Assembly (NCBI GenBank): GCA_024704765.1
Contig: JAKMXF010000033.1
Location: forward strand, 248,001-312,000
Direction of reading: 5' to 3'
DNA length: 64,000 bases
Origin: Oopsacas minuta
Taxonomy: Eukaryota; Animalia; Porifera
This document shows, in pieces, positions 11,793 to 23,810 of the stretch; positions within the stretch are counted from its first letter, which is position 1, and each line of letters starts with the position of its first letter. The position numbers were made by a program, and so were the translations under genes. Under the pieces are notes generated by a model. The model was not told where the DNA came from, did no database searches, and was given only the letters and a program-made list of their open reading frames with translations.

Positions 11793-12311
11793 ATGAAGAC
11801 ATTTCTCTCTCTATGTCTACTGTATGTCCTACCCAGCTGTTTAACAGAAGGCTACACTATACTCAGACAACAGACAGGCATCGTAGCTATTTCAGAACAT
11901 GCTTACTTCTCTCTTAACCACCAGATGTTAAGCCCATTGGTTATAGTACTATCGTCTCTAGAAGGAGATTGTGATCTATATGTCTCACAACAGTCTACAA
12001 CCAAACGCCCAACTTACCAGAAATATGATCTAAGCTCAACTACATGCGGAACTGATTACGTAATAACGAGCTCTTCTCTGAAGTACCCACTATTTATTGG
12101 AGTATTTGCTTACTCTTCTGGTGAAGATTGTGAATTTCAAGTTGATATCGTTCAGCTTGATATTGATATTGAAACACCGGAGATACAAATAGAATTTGAT
12201 ATTGAGAGGTATGTAGGGGCGAAAGAAAACGTGAAAGAGGACAGCGAAGAGTCTCACATCGTTTGGACTATTTTAAAGTTTATTGTACAAGTTGTTGAAG
12301 TGCTAGCTTAG
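11793..12311 (+). CDS. UPF0669 / C6orf120-like secreted protein
   Basis: Signal peptide, SLEGDCDLYVS, YDLSSTTCGTDYV, PLFIGVFAY and C-terminal EESHIVWTILKFIVQVVEVL match the family pattern. Confidence 0.85.
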   Translation: MKTFLSLCLLYVLPSCLTEGYTILRQQTGIVAISEHAYFSLNHQMLSPLVIVLSSLEGDCDLYVSQQSTTKRPTYQKYDLSSTTCGTDYVITSSSLKYPLFIGVFAYSSGEDCEFQVDIVQLDIDIETPEIQIEFDIERYVGAKENVKEDSEESHIVWTILKFIVQVVEVLA

Positions 12312-12521
12312 ATTATTTGATCAACGTGTTTACATTTTTTACGTTTATAATGGTATATGCCAAACATGGTATATCTTTGTATAAATACGTAATGAAGTGC
12401 CCGAAATAAGAAGAATAAATACAGTTTATCTATTTATAGTGGGTAAGAGAGTGAATTGATATATAATTGAATAAAAATAAAAAGTGATATTGAATACATA
12501 GTTATTAGTTGAGTTTCTGGT

Positions 12522-13491
12522 TTATCTCTTCTGGAAGAAAACATCTCGAATAGCTCGGTCTCTTGTAGAAGACTGAGGGCGTCGGGCAGGTGCTGTCCTT
12601 GGTATCAGGCCTCTGCTCACCAGTAGCTCTTTACCTCTAATTAATTAACCACAAATTAGACTTTATTAAAAATACAAATTAGAGTTATCAACATACCCAT
12701 CACTTGTTTTTGACTGTCTAGAGCCAGGCATTTCAAAGTCAGGTAGCGGATACACCCTCCCGCTCTTATCCTTGTACTGATGTCTCTGCATCTGTACTCT
12801 CTATAGAGAGATATAGCATGTAATAATTAGCTAAAACATATAGTAAACCCCCGTTTTAACCAAGTGGGATATAACGAGCGGAACTCCTGTTATAACAAAT
12901 CGATTTTACCCCTATGGCTTGAATTTAATGGATTTTACTCTGCTTATAACGAAAGGAAACTGGGGTCCGAGTATTTTGATATAACTGGGGTTAACTGTAC
13001 TTAATTTGCTATTACATTATGACGTATAGTTAGTTGTGTGCCAGTAGCTTATAATGTACCTGGTGTAGTGTAATATATTTATCTCTCTCTTCTGCTGTAT
13101 TCAAGAGTCTGTAGGTTTGATTAGACTTCCATCTCGGGGCTTGAGAGGGGTTTATTCCTAGAGAATAATGATATTTATTTACAACTTAATTAACGTATAA
13201 GTACAGTAGTATGTGAAGTTTATTACTGAGAGAGAAATGTGTTGATCTGTTAGATGACGAACTTGTAGCTCTCTGTCTCAGCTCCTCTAATGTCCTCCTT
13301 GTAGACTCCCCAAATGTTCTACCAAATTCGTACTTTATCCTTGGACAGTATCCTCCATAGCTACAGCAGCATTGTAATTAATATTCTGTACATGTAAGAT
13401 AATACTTGATAACTTACCCTGGAATTTTCCCAGAAACCTCTCCTGGTATTTGAAAGTCCGCTGAATAAGTAGAATTCACAAACGTAGTCAT
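12522..13491 (-). CDS. FAM166/CIMIP2-like ciliary microtubule inner protein, 5 exons (absent from ORF track)
   Basis: Manual splicing with consistent phases: MTTFVNST...KIPG|YGGYCPRIKYEFGRTFGESTRR...|INPSQAPRW...|RVQMQRHQYKDKSGRVYPLPDF...|GKELLVSRG...QKR*. The PGYGGYCP.xKY.FG.TFG motif is the FAM166-type repeat. Confidence 0.7.
12841..12997. mobile_element. pogo-like MITE (family D) in FAM166-like intron; fragment also near 9990-10050
   Basis: ta|tagtaaacccccgttttaac ... gatataactggggttaactg|ta. Confidence 0.7.
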
Positions 13492-13825
13492 TTGTCGTGA
13501 CTATATGAGATCTCTTTAGTATTTTATTACTTGGCTAGTCCAAGATAGGGTTGCTCTATAAATATTATTCTACAATACAAGTCAACAACTTGACACCTTA
13601 GATAATTCTATTGATGGTATCTTTGTTAGAACTCTATTTATTTGTAATCAGGATATAGATTAGGTGAATGTTTTCAAATCACCGCCCACTCGGATGATGA
13701 TGGATTCAGGAAAATCATTGTGCTAGGTAATCCATAATTTGACTAGGCATACATTTGTGCCCACAAATGATAAATAGATTCGTTTCAGAATTACCTATCA
13801 TACTACTGGTACATATTTCTGTGTT

Positions 13826-14485
13826 ATGGCAGGGTTAAGTTCTAAATTAGGAAAACTTCGAACTTCCTCATTCAATACTCAAAATAGTAATGTTGTCCAT
13901 CGGAATGTTGTGATGGATTTGGAGATGGATAGTCAGTCCAAATCTAGATCTATGCCAAATCGTTATATGACTAAACCAGCAACGGATACGTACCCAAGGA
14001 ATGCTAGAGCTATTCAAGTTGTAGAATCTCGTAGAGACAAGAAAAGGTATCTTTATAAACTGAGTGTTGATTGGTCAGACGGTGCTTTTTCATACGCTTA
14101 TCGATCTTACACGGATTTTTTCAATTTACAATGCAAACTATTAAACACATTTCCCGAAGAAGCTGGGGCTAGAAAATCCGTGAGAACGATCCCATTCCTC
14201 CCTGGAAGACAGATATTTGCTAGGAACACAAGAGCCCTAGCAGAACAGCGACGACCGGCGATAGATAAGTATATTATTGAGCTATTGAGACTGCCTGAGC
14301 ATTTGAGTAGACATCAATTTGTATGTCATTTCTTTCGTAATAATCGGGAAGAGGATCAATTTCAAGAGGGGTACTCTCCCAGTAAAAAAGCGAAACATTT
14401 CTCGTCTGATGAAGACAATATACTGAGTGACCCATTGATATTAGAGAGCGTAGATTCTATTGCATCTACTGATATGTTGATATGA
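13826..14485 (+). CDS. PX-domain-only protein (p47phox/SH3PXD2-type PX), intronless
   Basis: YLYKLSVDWSDG...YRSYTDFFNLQCKLLNTFPEEAG...IPFLPG...RRPAIDKYIIELLRLPEHLSRHQFVCHFF; no SH3 domain before the stop. Confidence 0.8.
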   Translation: MAGLSSKLGKLRTSSFNTQNSNVVHRNVVMDLEMDSQSKSRSMPNRYMTKPATDTYPRNARAIQVVESRRDKKRYLYKLSVDWSDGAFSYAYRSYTDFFNLQCKLLNTFPEEAGARKSVRTIPFLPGRQIFARNTRALAEQRRPAIDKYIIELLRLPEHLSRHQFVCHFFRNNREEDQFQEGYSPSKKAKHFSSDEDNILSDPLILESVDSIASTDMLI

Positions 14486-14663
14486 TTATATGTATATATT
14501 GTTTTTAATTCTGTTTGTTTGTTTATTTACTTGTATATTCAGCGATTAAATTTTATCTTATTTTACAGCTACGTATAATGTTACCTATACAAACCGGTTG
14601 TTACCATTTATGGAAATTACACGAGTAATTATTATAATTACTGACAATTAAGAATTCAGTGAA

Positions 14664-16637
14664 ATGAATGCTCTCACAGACAAACTATCAAGATACAGGG
14701 CGTGTATGTTACTGGGGGGAGTAGGAGATGCTATAGCTTATAACGATGGTAAATGGGAGTACTGTGTATCAGGGGAGAAGATCCAAGAGGAAGTGAGGTG
14801 CCTAGGGGGTGTGTCCTCTCTCAGACCTTCTCCTTATCACATGATTGTTAGTGATGACACAATTATGCATATTGCTACTGCAGAGGGTCTTTTATGTAAT
14901 AATCTATCAGATGAAGAACAGTACTGCTCTCTAGCTAGGAAATACAAACATTGTATGAGGTTAGTGATAATAGATTATTGTTTATTAGTTTGTCTATTTA
15001 TTTGTTTATTTATATAGAGATATGGTAGGAAGATCTCCTGGGAATACTTGTATCAGTTCTGTCAAACTTCTATTCCCAGAATACCAGACATACACAATAC
15101 CATTCACCCCTGGTGGAGGAGGGTGTGGAGCAGCTATGAGAGCTGTCCCTATAGGACTATTGTACCATCGTCTTGATGAGCTAAACAACTTGGTACGTGT
15201 AGGAATAGAATCCGGTAGAATGACACATAACCATCCAACTGGGTGAGTGTGTAGAGATGATAAATAAGAGTAAATGAGTAATATACTAAGTGTGTTATTA
15301 GGTTTCTGGGATCTATGACTGTAGCTCTGTTCGTATCTTATGCTATACAAGGAAAGGATGTAAGAGAGTGGGGAGAAGGACTGCTACACACTCTACACAT
15401 AGCTAAGCAGTATTGTGAGGAGCAGAAGAGGGACTGGGAACTGATTAAGGAGAATTGGAGTTATTTTGAGGAATCCTGGAAGAAATATCTAAGAGAAGTT
15501 AATCCTAGATTCGGCTATAAATACCATATATTATCACCTAATGAATACGATCATTTCTTCCTGCCATATAGCTACAGTGGATTAGCTGGATCTAGTGGTC
15601 ATGATGCTCCTATGATTGCTTATGATGCAATTATCAGGACTTACCAAAGTAAGGTATTTATTGACTGAGTTTCCCATTGTATTATTACTCTATTTATAGT
15701 GGAAGATCCTTACTCTCGTTGGGAGAGACTATGTAGATACGGTATGTTCCATGGAGGAGACAGTGATAGCACTGGTATAATAGCAGGAGCATGTTACGGA
15801 GCTATGTACGGACTGGAGGGAGTACCACTTAACAACCATACACAGCTGGAGTATAGAGATAGACTGGAGAGATTGGGGAGTGGACTTTATCATCGTACTC
15901 ATCCTTTTGTTAAGCCTAAAACAGAAGAAAATTACGATTACTGTTTCGATAATTCTTTCGAATACAATCCTCAGAAACCTTTTGATCCGTTCTCTACATG
16001 CACGAAACTAGCAACTAACAGGGGAAATGGCATTCAGAAAAAGAAAGTTACCTTCAATCTTGAATCTCTACAACAGCCAACTTACAATACTGAATTTACC
16101 AAAACTATAACTATTGAGCCTGTTGAACACGACTTGTTTCATTTGGGCTCGAAAAATAATTCAATCTTAAGTTCTAAGGATTTTGAAATAAAATCCAGTA
16201 GATATCGTTCTGATACCTTAGCTGATAAGAAATTTGACACTTTCAGTGTAGATACTGATATAAATCAGAGATTACTTAATCTCAGAATGTCTAATACCAT
16301 GAATCATCTACCAGATAGATCCTACAGAACAACAAGTAATATCCAAACAAACTTGAAGACAAATTTTAATGAGATTATTCAGCTCAACGGACCTAACATG
16401 AAACAACCAGATTATTCAGGGAATATTATCCAACCTCATAACTCATATTCCCCCACACGTTCTGATGTTAATTCTAGAACAGTCAGCTGCTTACGACAAT
16501 CTAGTGTACCCACTGCGCCTATAAATAGAGTTGTAAAGTTGCCTCCGAAATTTTCAGCTACAACAACCAACTCACTAAGTAATAGCATAAATAGTAATAA
16601 TACAGTGGCTTGTTCATATGGTGGAACAGATCGCTAA
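14664..16637 (+). CDS. ADPRH: ADP-ribosylarginine hydrolase paralog 1 (ARH1-like) with long C-terminal extension
   Basis: [35 protein letters not shown]|[25 protein letters not shown]; GT-AG introns. Confidence 0.92.
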
Positions 16638-16992
16638 TACCTCCATTATTACACTACCGTTATTTATATGTATACAATGTTATTATCTATTCAAGGGCTC
16701 ATATTTACAAAATAAATAATAATTGCTGCTGTGAAATACCAATTCACCCTGAGTGTAACTATGTTTTATATTAGCTTTTCAACATCACGTATGTGGAATG
16801 TGAGAAACTATATTTTATCACGTATGGGGAATGTGATAAACTATATTTTAGCTTTCTTTTCCAACCAGACTGGAAACGTAGCACAGAGGGAAGTGGCGGT
16901 ATCAAAAGAGCCAGGACTTAACAACGGTTTGTTCAGATAGGAATTCATGTATATTTCCATAATTTGATATGATATATTTAGTTAGGACCCGT

Positions 16993-18405
16993 ATGCAAGC
17001 CTGCATGATATTATCAGGAGTAGGAGATGCAATAGGGTATAATGATGGTAAATGGGAGTTCTGTCCTTCTGGTAGAAGAATACAAGAAGAGTTACAGAGC
17101 TTTGGAGGACTGACTAAGCTTAAACCTAACAAGCAGTGTATGATAGTAAGTGATGATACAGTTATGCATATGGCAACAGCTGATGCACTACTCGCCTCGT
17201 ATAATGACGTAGATAAGCAGTACTGCGAACTAGCTAGAGAGTACAGGAAATGTATGGGGTAAGATGAGGTATTATTAACCAGTGTATATTGGTTGTTATA
17301 TGTTTTATTATAGCGATATGAGAGGGAGATCTCCTGGACTCACATGCATGGCTATGACTAAGCAGTTATATCCAGATAGCGGGAGATATGTTACACCATT
17401 TAACCCTAGAGGAGGAGGGTGTGGAGCAGCTATGAGAGCTGTCCCTATAGGACTATTGTACCATCGTCCTGATGAGCGAAACAACTTGGTACGTGTAGGA
17501 ATAGAATCCGGTAGAATGACACACAACCATCCAACTGGGTGAGTGTGTAGAGATGATAAATAAGAGTAAATGAGTAATATACTAAGTGTGTTATTAGGTT
17601 TCTGGGATCTATGACTGTAGCTCTGTTCGTATCTTATGCTATACAAGGAAAGGATGTAAGAGAGTGGGGAGAAGGACTGCTACGCACTCTACCCATAGCT
17701 AAGCAGTATTGTGAGGAGCAGAAGAGGGACTGGGAACTGATTAAGGAGAACTGGAGTTATTTTGAGGAATCCTGGAAGAAATATGTTAATGAAATAATAT
17801 CAGCTGATTTTGGAGATATATCAGCTGATGAATTTGACAAGTTTGTAAGGTCAGTCAGCTTTATGGGAACAGGAGGAGCAAGTGGACATGATGCTCCTAT
17901 GATTGCTTATGATGCTATTCTCAGGTGTTACCATGGTAATTAATATTTCCATTAATTTATTGAATTGGTGCATGTAATGTAATAGCTTGTATGTGTAGGG
18001 CCTGAGGATTCTCGTTGGGAGAGACTATGTAGATACGGTATGTTCCATGGAGGAGACAGTGATAGCACTGGAATAATAGCAGGAGCATGTTACGGAGCTA
18101 TGTACGGACTGGAGGGAGTACCACTTAACAACCATACACAGCTGGAGTATAGAGATAGACTGGAGAGATTGGGGGGTAGACTTTATGATAAATCAGAGTC
18201 TATCAAGATGACTGTATCATTGGAATGTGATGAAACAGCTGATCCTGTAAAGACGAAACCACATCAAGATATACCTCTTAATAATGATGAAGTTATAACC
18301 AAGGAAGTATCAGCTGATGTTATTGGCAAGGAACATGAAACTACTGTCGATGGGGCTACGGAAAACTTTGGAACAAGTAACACATCAGATAGTTATTATC
18401 AGTAA
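16993..18405 (+). CDS. ADPRH: ADP-ribosylarginine hydrolase paralog 2
   Basis: Same motif set as paralog 1; start taken as MQACMILSGVGD (ATG 16993). Confidence 0.9.
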
Positions 18406-18619
18406 CTGATAGACAAGAAATAGCAGATAATATGAGGAGTTAAAACATGAGGACAGTCCTGTTAACAATACTACCTGATTATGTGTACCAAAATGTTGTA
18501 GTATGCTTTGCTTTATATCCGTGCCCCTAGCGTTATCACTATATCTATTATATGCTGTAGGAAAAAAGGTTGTTTATAAATTGTGATTTCCATAGAAGAT
18601 ATCGTCCATTATTACCTTA

Positions 18620-20159
18620 ATGGCATCGAGTCATACAAAAGAGGGCCTTGAGCATAAGTTCATAAACTGTATGTTATTGTCTGGAGTTGGAGATGCTCTG
18701 GGCTATAAAGATGCAGAATTTGAATTCTGTCGGTCCGGTAGAGCTATTCAGGAAGCTGTAACAGCACTAGGGGGATTATCTGCTATGACACCATCAGCCA
18801 GTAAGATGACAGTAAGTGATGACACTGTTATGCATCTAGCAACTGCAGAAGCTCTTGTATCTGATTATACTACTGGTGAAGAATTGTACGGGAATCTAGC
18901 TAAGAGCTATAAGGAGTGTATGAAGTACGTTTCAGTAGATGCTGGTTATAAGAATCACAGATAGCGCTATCCTCTAGAAAACGGTTCTCATATATTCTTG
19001 TCTATTTATCCCGGTTCTTATAGCCGGTATCCACTGTATTACAAAATATCTATACACCATTTACTGCATAATTCCTTCTGAAGGGATATGTCTGGTAGAG
19101 CTCCTGGCAATACGTGTAAGGCTACTACTATAATGCTAAAGCCTGGGATAGAAAATGGTTATATGATACCATTTAACCCTAGAGGAGGAGGGTGTGGAGC
19201 AGCTATGAGAGCTGTCCCTATAGGACTATTGTACCATCGTCCTGATGAGCTAAACAACTTGGTACGTGTAGGAATAGAATCCGGTAGAATGACACATAAC
19301 CATCCAACTGGGTGAGTGTGTAGAGATGATAAATAAGAGTAAATGAGTAATATACTAAGTGTGTTATTAGGTTTCTGGGATCTATGACTGTAGCTCTGTT
19401 CGTATCTTATGCTATACAAGGAAAGGATGTAAGAGAGTGGGGAGAAGGACTGCTACACACTCTAGACATAGCTAAGCAGTATTGTGAGGAGCAGAAGAGG
19501 GACTGGGAACTGATTAAGGAGAATTGGAGTTATTTTGAGGATTCATGGAAGAAATATCTAACAAAAATAGGATTCTTATCCTCTACAGAAGGAGCTACCC
19601 AATCCTATGATTTTGTGTGTATAATATTAATTATACTATTAATGCTTTTCATTTCATTAGTTTGTGTTTAGAGTTTAGATGTGAATGCAACTGATTATGA
19701 TAAGTTTGTCAAAAGTGTTAGCCACAACGGGACAGGAGGATCTAGCGGACATGATGCTCCTATGATTGCTTATGACAGTATAATGAGGATTTATATAAGT
19801 TAGTCTAATACAGCTGTTCCCAACCTGGGGTCATGAATCCCTTGGTGGTCATGGAAGACAGTAGGTTGTCAATTGCATTATATGGTTATTATAATACTCT
19901 ATTTATAGTGCCAGAGCCAGTGGAAGGTCCTTACTCTCGTTGGGAGAGACTGTGTAGATACGGTATGTTCCATGGAGGAGACAGTGATAGCACTGGCATA
20001 ATAGCAGGAGCATGTTACGGAGCTATGTACGGACGGGAGGGAGTACCTCTTAACAACTACATACAGCTGGAGTATAGAGATAGACTGGAGAGATTGGGGA
20101 AGTTACTCTACTCGAAATCTCAGAAAGTAATTAAAGAAGTTACGAAAAGCTCTATCTGA
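18620..20159 (+). CDS. ADPRH: ADP-ribosylarginine hydrolase paralog 3
   Basis: Same motif set ([35 protein letters not shown]); short C-terminus. Confidence 0.9.
18933..19036. mobile_element. MITE family B in ADPRH paralog 3 intron
   Basis: TIRs cagtagatgctggttataagaa / ttcttatagccggtatccactg|ta; related pieces near 9220-9250, 30880-30910 and 31684-31790. Confidence 0.75.
19811..19835. mobile_element. Possible hAT-like TIR fragment in ADPRH paralog 3 intron
   Basis: cagctgttcccaacctggggtc resembles hAT/Charlie termini; no partner end found. Confidence 0.3.
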
Positions 20160-20291
20160 TAAAAGCGTAGATAGATTGTAGATTTCATCTTGAATATATT
20201 ATTTATTTTGATGTGATATGTATACACACCTATGTTACCTATAATAGCAATATCTAAGCTAGCTTATATACACTTTTGTAACTCCCACTAA

Positions 20292-21149
20292 ATGGCTGCT
20301 ATACAGAAAACAATAAGACATGTAGTATCAACAACTAAGACTGCTCAGCCTCTAGCTCCATACAGGTAATAGCTTATCTTGTCTAAAGTTGAATGCTGTT
20401 ATTATCATTTGTACATAGTAAGGGAATACGAGTAGACAAGACACTATATGTATCAGGTCAGATCGGTCTTGATCCTAAGGTGAGAACAAATATATTAAAC
20501 AGCTGTTAGTGGTATTTATATTATTGTACTTTGTTATAGACAGGCGAGTTTTCTGGAGAGGATGTAGAGTCTCAAGCTAAGCAGGTAACTCTCCACAAAT
20601 GGGCATATGGAAAGGGGGAACTTGTGCAAACCGTGTGAAAAATGTATAAAAAAAAGCGAATTCCTAGTCCAATACAATGTAACTCCCAAAACAGAGTATC
20701 AAATTTAGTTTGTGCATCTTATACTTTAAGAATTTATTATTACCTTAAACAGTGTATGGTGAATCTCGGCAGTGTATTAGAGGCAGGAGGTAGTTCTTTT
20801 GATAAAGGTAAGGTATTACCGGTTATAATTTGGATATTCTATTAATATTATTATTAGTTGTAAAGACTACTGTAATGATGGCTGATATAGCAGATTATGG
20901 AAAGATCAATGATATTTATGCTACTTGTAAGTTGGGGGTATTTCTTATAATATGAACGCTAATATATTATTTTCTATTAGATTTCCCTAATATCAAGCCT
21001 GCACGATCTGCTTATGCTGTTGCCGCGTTACCAAAGGTAACGATTGTTATTAAAATTTGTATATTTTAATCACATTTCAATAATCCGTTTAGAATGCTAA
21101 AGTTGAAATAGAAGCTATCGCTATTGTAGGAGATATGGCAGATGAATAA
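20292..21149 (+). CDS. RIDA: RidA/YjgF/UK114 enamine-imine deaminase, 7 small exons (absent from ORF track)
   Basis: Manual splicing: MAAIQKTIRHVVSTTKTAQPLAPYS|KGIRVDKTLYVSGQIGLDPK|TGEF...QAKQ|CMVNLGSVLEAGGSSFDK|VVKTTVMMADIADYGKINDIYAT|YFPNIKPARSAYAVAALPK|NAKVEIEAIAIVGDMADE*. Confidence 0.95.
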
Positions 21150-21376
21150 TCTAACCTCTTTTGTGGACTTAAATGAACCCATTATTATCACTTCTTAGCA
21201 TTCCTTTACACTCAATCATTTATACATTTCTTAACTTTATGGGTATTTGTTTGCAAATATTTGCAAATTCTTGTATAGGTTAACCTGACCGCTTGCTACA
21301 ACCTTGTAATATACTCAAATCACTAATGTGTGTGTGAATATTACGTCATAATGTTTAGTTATTTAATTGAGTTTCA

Positions 21377-22931
21377 ATGGCTACATCTGATAAGAAAGTA
21401 GAAGCAGGGAGCTATGCTAAAGCATCAGATCCCGCTGATAAACAGAGAAGAGTTCAAGAAGCAGCTGAGAAAGAATCTCCCCTAAATATACATATAGAAT
21501 GTTCTGTAAGTAAATTACTTAATGATAATAATAAAGTTAATATATCAGAGTTTTTAGGCTCTAATGAAAATAGCTACTCACTGTTTTGAGAAGTCTTCTG
21601 ACGAACAAGTAAACGGATTCTTAGTCGGGAATTTACGACCTCATTACCTAGAAGTAACTAACGCATTTCCTTTACCAGACATTCCAGCAAGTAATTACAG
21701 TAACTATGGACTATTGATTGTTTGTATTAGTGTTTATATCTATGTTTAGCTCCAGATGACTATCAGAGTAAAATGTTGAAAAATTTCAAAGATTCAGGAT
21801 TAGATTTCATTATAATAGGATTCTATCAGTCCGTACAGTTTGGTGACATAGATACTTCTGAGCTTTTCACTACTCTATACGATTATATTGTATCATTTCA
21901 ATCTGCTGCAGCTGTCTTGTTCGGTATGTTTATTCAGCACTCTGAAAACCTCTCACAGTTGACAGCCATTCCATGGACCCTTGGTGCTCCAAGAACGACA
22001 GTAGGGGGCCCACAGAATGTGTTAAAATTGGTATTAGGGGTCAACAGCTGATATAGACTGTGCTAGCTATCTCGGACAGCTTTTGAATGCCCTTTATTAA
22101 TTCAGCATTATGTTATAGACATTGATCAAGCAAAACAGGGCAATCTAGAGCTACATGCTTACAGAGTAAAGAGTGATCCATTCGCACAGAAATATAAAGA
22201 TAACTTCACCGCAAGACAGTGAGTAGAGTGTCATGGTATTTACCTTATAATTACTATGTATTAATACAGGTTGAATGAGAAGGGAATAAGGTTTAATGAT
22301 CTCTTTCATGAATTGGAGATTTGCTACAAAGCTTCGCCTCTGAGCTCTTCTCTGTTATACGAGCTAATGCAAGATTGTATACCACCCAGTTCTTCAGATT
22401 CTCTTAATATTTTACATCCGTGAGTAACATTATATCTTTGATAAATAGTGGTCTATTTATTGTGATATCGGAGTAGATCTTATTTGGATTCTTCAGTACA
22501 GTCACTTATGAAGGATATAGAGGTAGTATCTCAAGAATTTGGTGCTATAACAAAGGAACAGAGGAGGAATTATAGTTTAGAGAAAGACAGGAAAACGTTG
22601 GTTACTAAAAGGGTAAGTAACAGTCAACTTTCGTTATATCGAAGTCTATCGATGTAATTATCGCGGGTCCCTTTAGCTTCGATATAACTGAGTTGACTGT
22701 ATTTCTGTTTTATAGAGGGAAGAGAATGAGAAGAGACGAGATCAAGGGATGAGACAGCTACCCACATACACACCAGATGATCTAGACAGACATGTAGATC
22801 GTCCTATCCCAGTTAGTCACTACAACAGATTAGTTCTTAGTTTCCAGTTAGAATCTCATGCTAAACAAGCTCAGCATCTAGCAGAAACAGGGCTAAATAA
22901 GATGGCCCTAGCAGAACTACTCAATAACTGA
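21377..22931 (+). CDS. EIF3H: Translation initiation factor 3 subunit H (MPN domain), multi-exon
   Basis: MKIATHC...VNGFLVG...LEVTNAFPLP, IIGFYQS, QGNLELHAYR, and a C-terminal LVLSFQLESHAKQ...LNKMALAELLNN helix. Confidence 0.85.
22621..22699. mobile_element. MITE family A (79 bp) in EIF3H intron
   Basis: About 23 bp TIRs cagtcaactttcgttatatcgaag / cttcgatataactgagttgactg, followed by TA. Confidence 0.8.
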
Positions 22932-23810
22932 CCTGTGTATCTATACCTGTAGCGATTATTAGTATTAAATTATTAATGGGTACAATGATCTAGTAATTCC
23001 GTAGCTATGACGAGAAGTAAAAAATGTGTCCTACATTCCTACAAGTATTCAAATTTTGGATTTTCTAATAAGTTTGCAATTATAATTCTCGATAATATTA
23101 AAATTGTATATTTTAAAGCTCTGATAAATGATCACTAGTGCGCCTTCGATTCCAGAACTCATTCTCTTACTCCAAAGTTATATCTGTTGCATTCCAATTA
23201 CATATTGCAAAGTGTGTAGCCCTAAATAGTATCACTGATACTCTATACTCTTCCAGTATTATATTCTCAATGGCAAAGCCGAGTCCTGTCCCTTCCCATT
23301 TAGCAGTTAGTTCAACATAGCTCTCCTTATTATATACAATTTTAGGTCTGTAGGGGTACACAAAAAGCGACCCTAGTTCCCTCTAGCAAAATCTGTACGT
23401 ATTAATTGTGTCTTGTCATATGGTAATAAAATATTCCATGTGATTATTAGTTCTCCTAGAATCATGACAATTCTTCACATAGAAGCCACTGCTATACTTA
23501 ACCTTATCAGTTCTTGACAGTGCAATAGTCTTTGTTAAGTGCAGAGTTAAATGTATAGATTTTTCAATCTAAATAATGTACCCTGCATTTGCAATTATTG
23601 CTCTAATCGAGTGTATATTTACATAACTTTATCACGCTTGGTATTTATGCGTTATACTGTAAATATGATCCCTGGTGTATTAGGTTAATGCTGTCTAGTA
23701 TATAAGCTTTCCAATCGAGCTCATGCCTCGCCAAAATACACAAACAACAACAGCTATCTAAACAACAAGCACACCTCATTTACTGAAAACAATTTGTCCA
23801 AGCACTTCTA

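Noticed and set aside
15006-19419. Three near-identical minus-strand ORFs ([16 protein letters not shown]...)
   Set aside because: Antisense shadows of the homogenised ADPRH block A; they cross the intron and have no domain features.
14664-20159. Repeated blocks as a possible CRISPR-like or exon-cassette array
   Set aside because: Each repeat is embedded in a complete paralogous gene; there is no short repeat-spacer structure.
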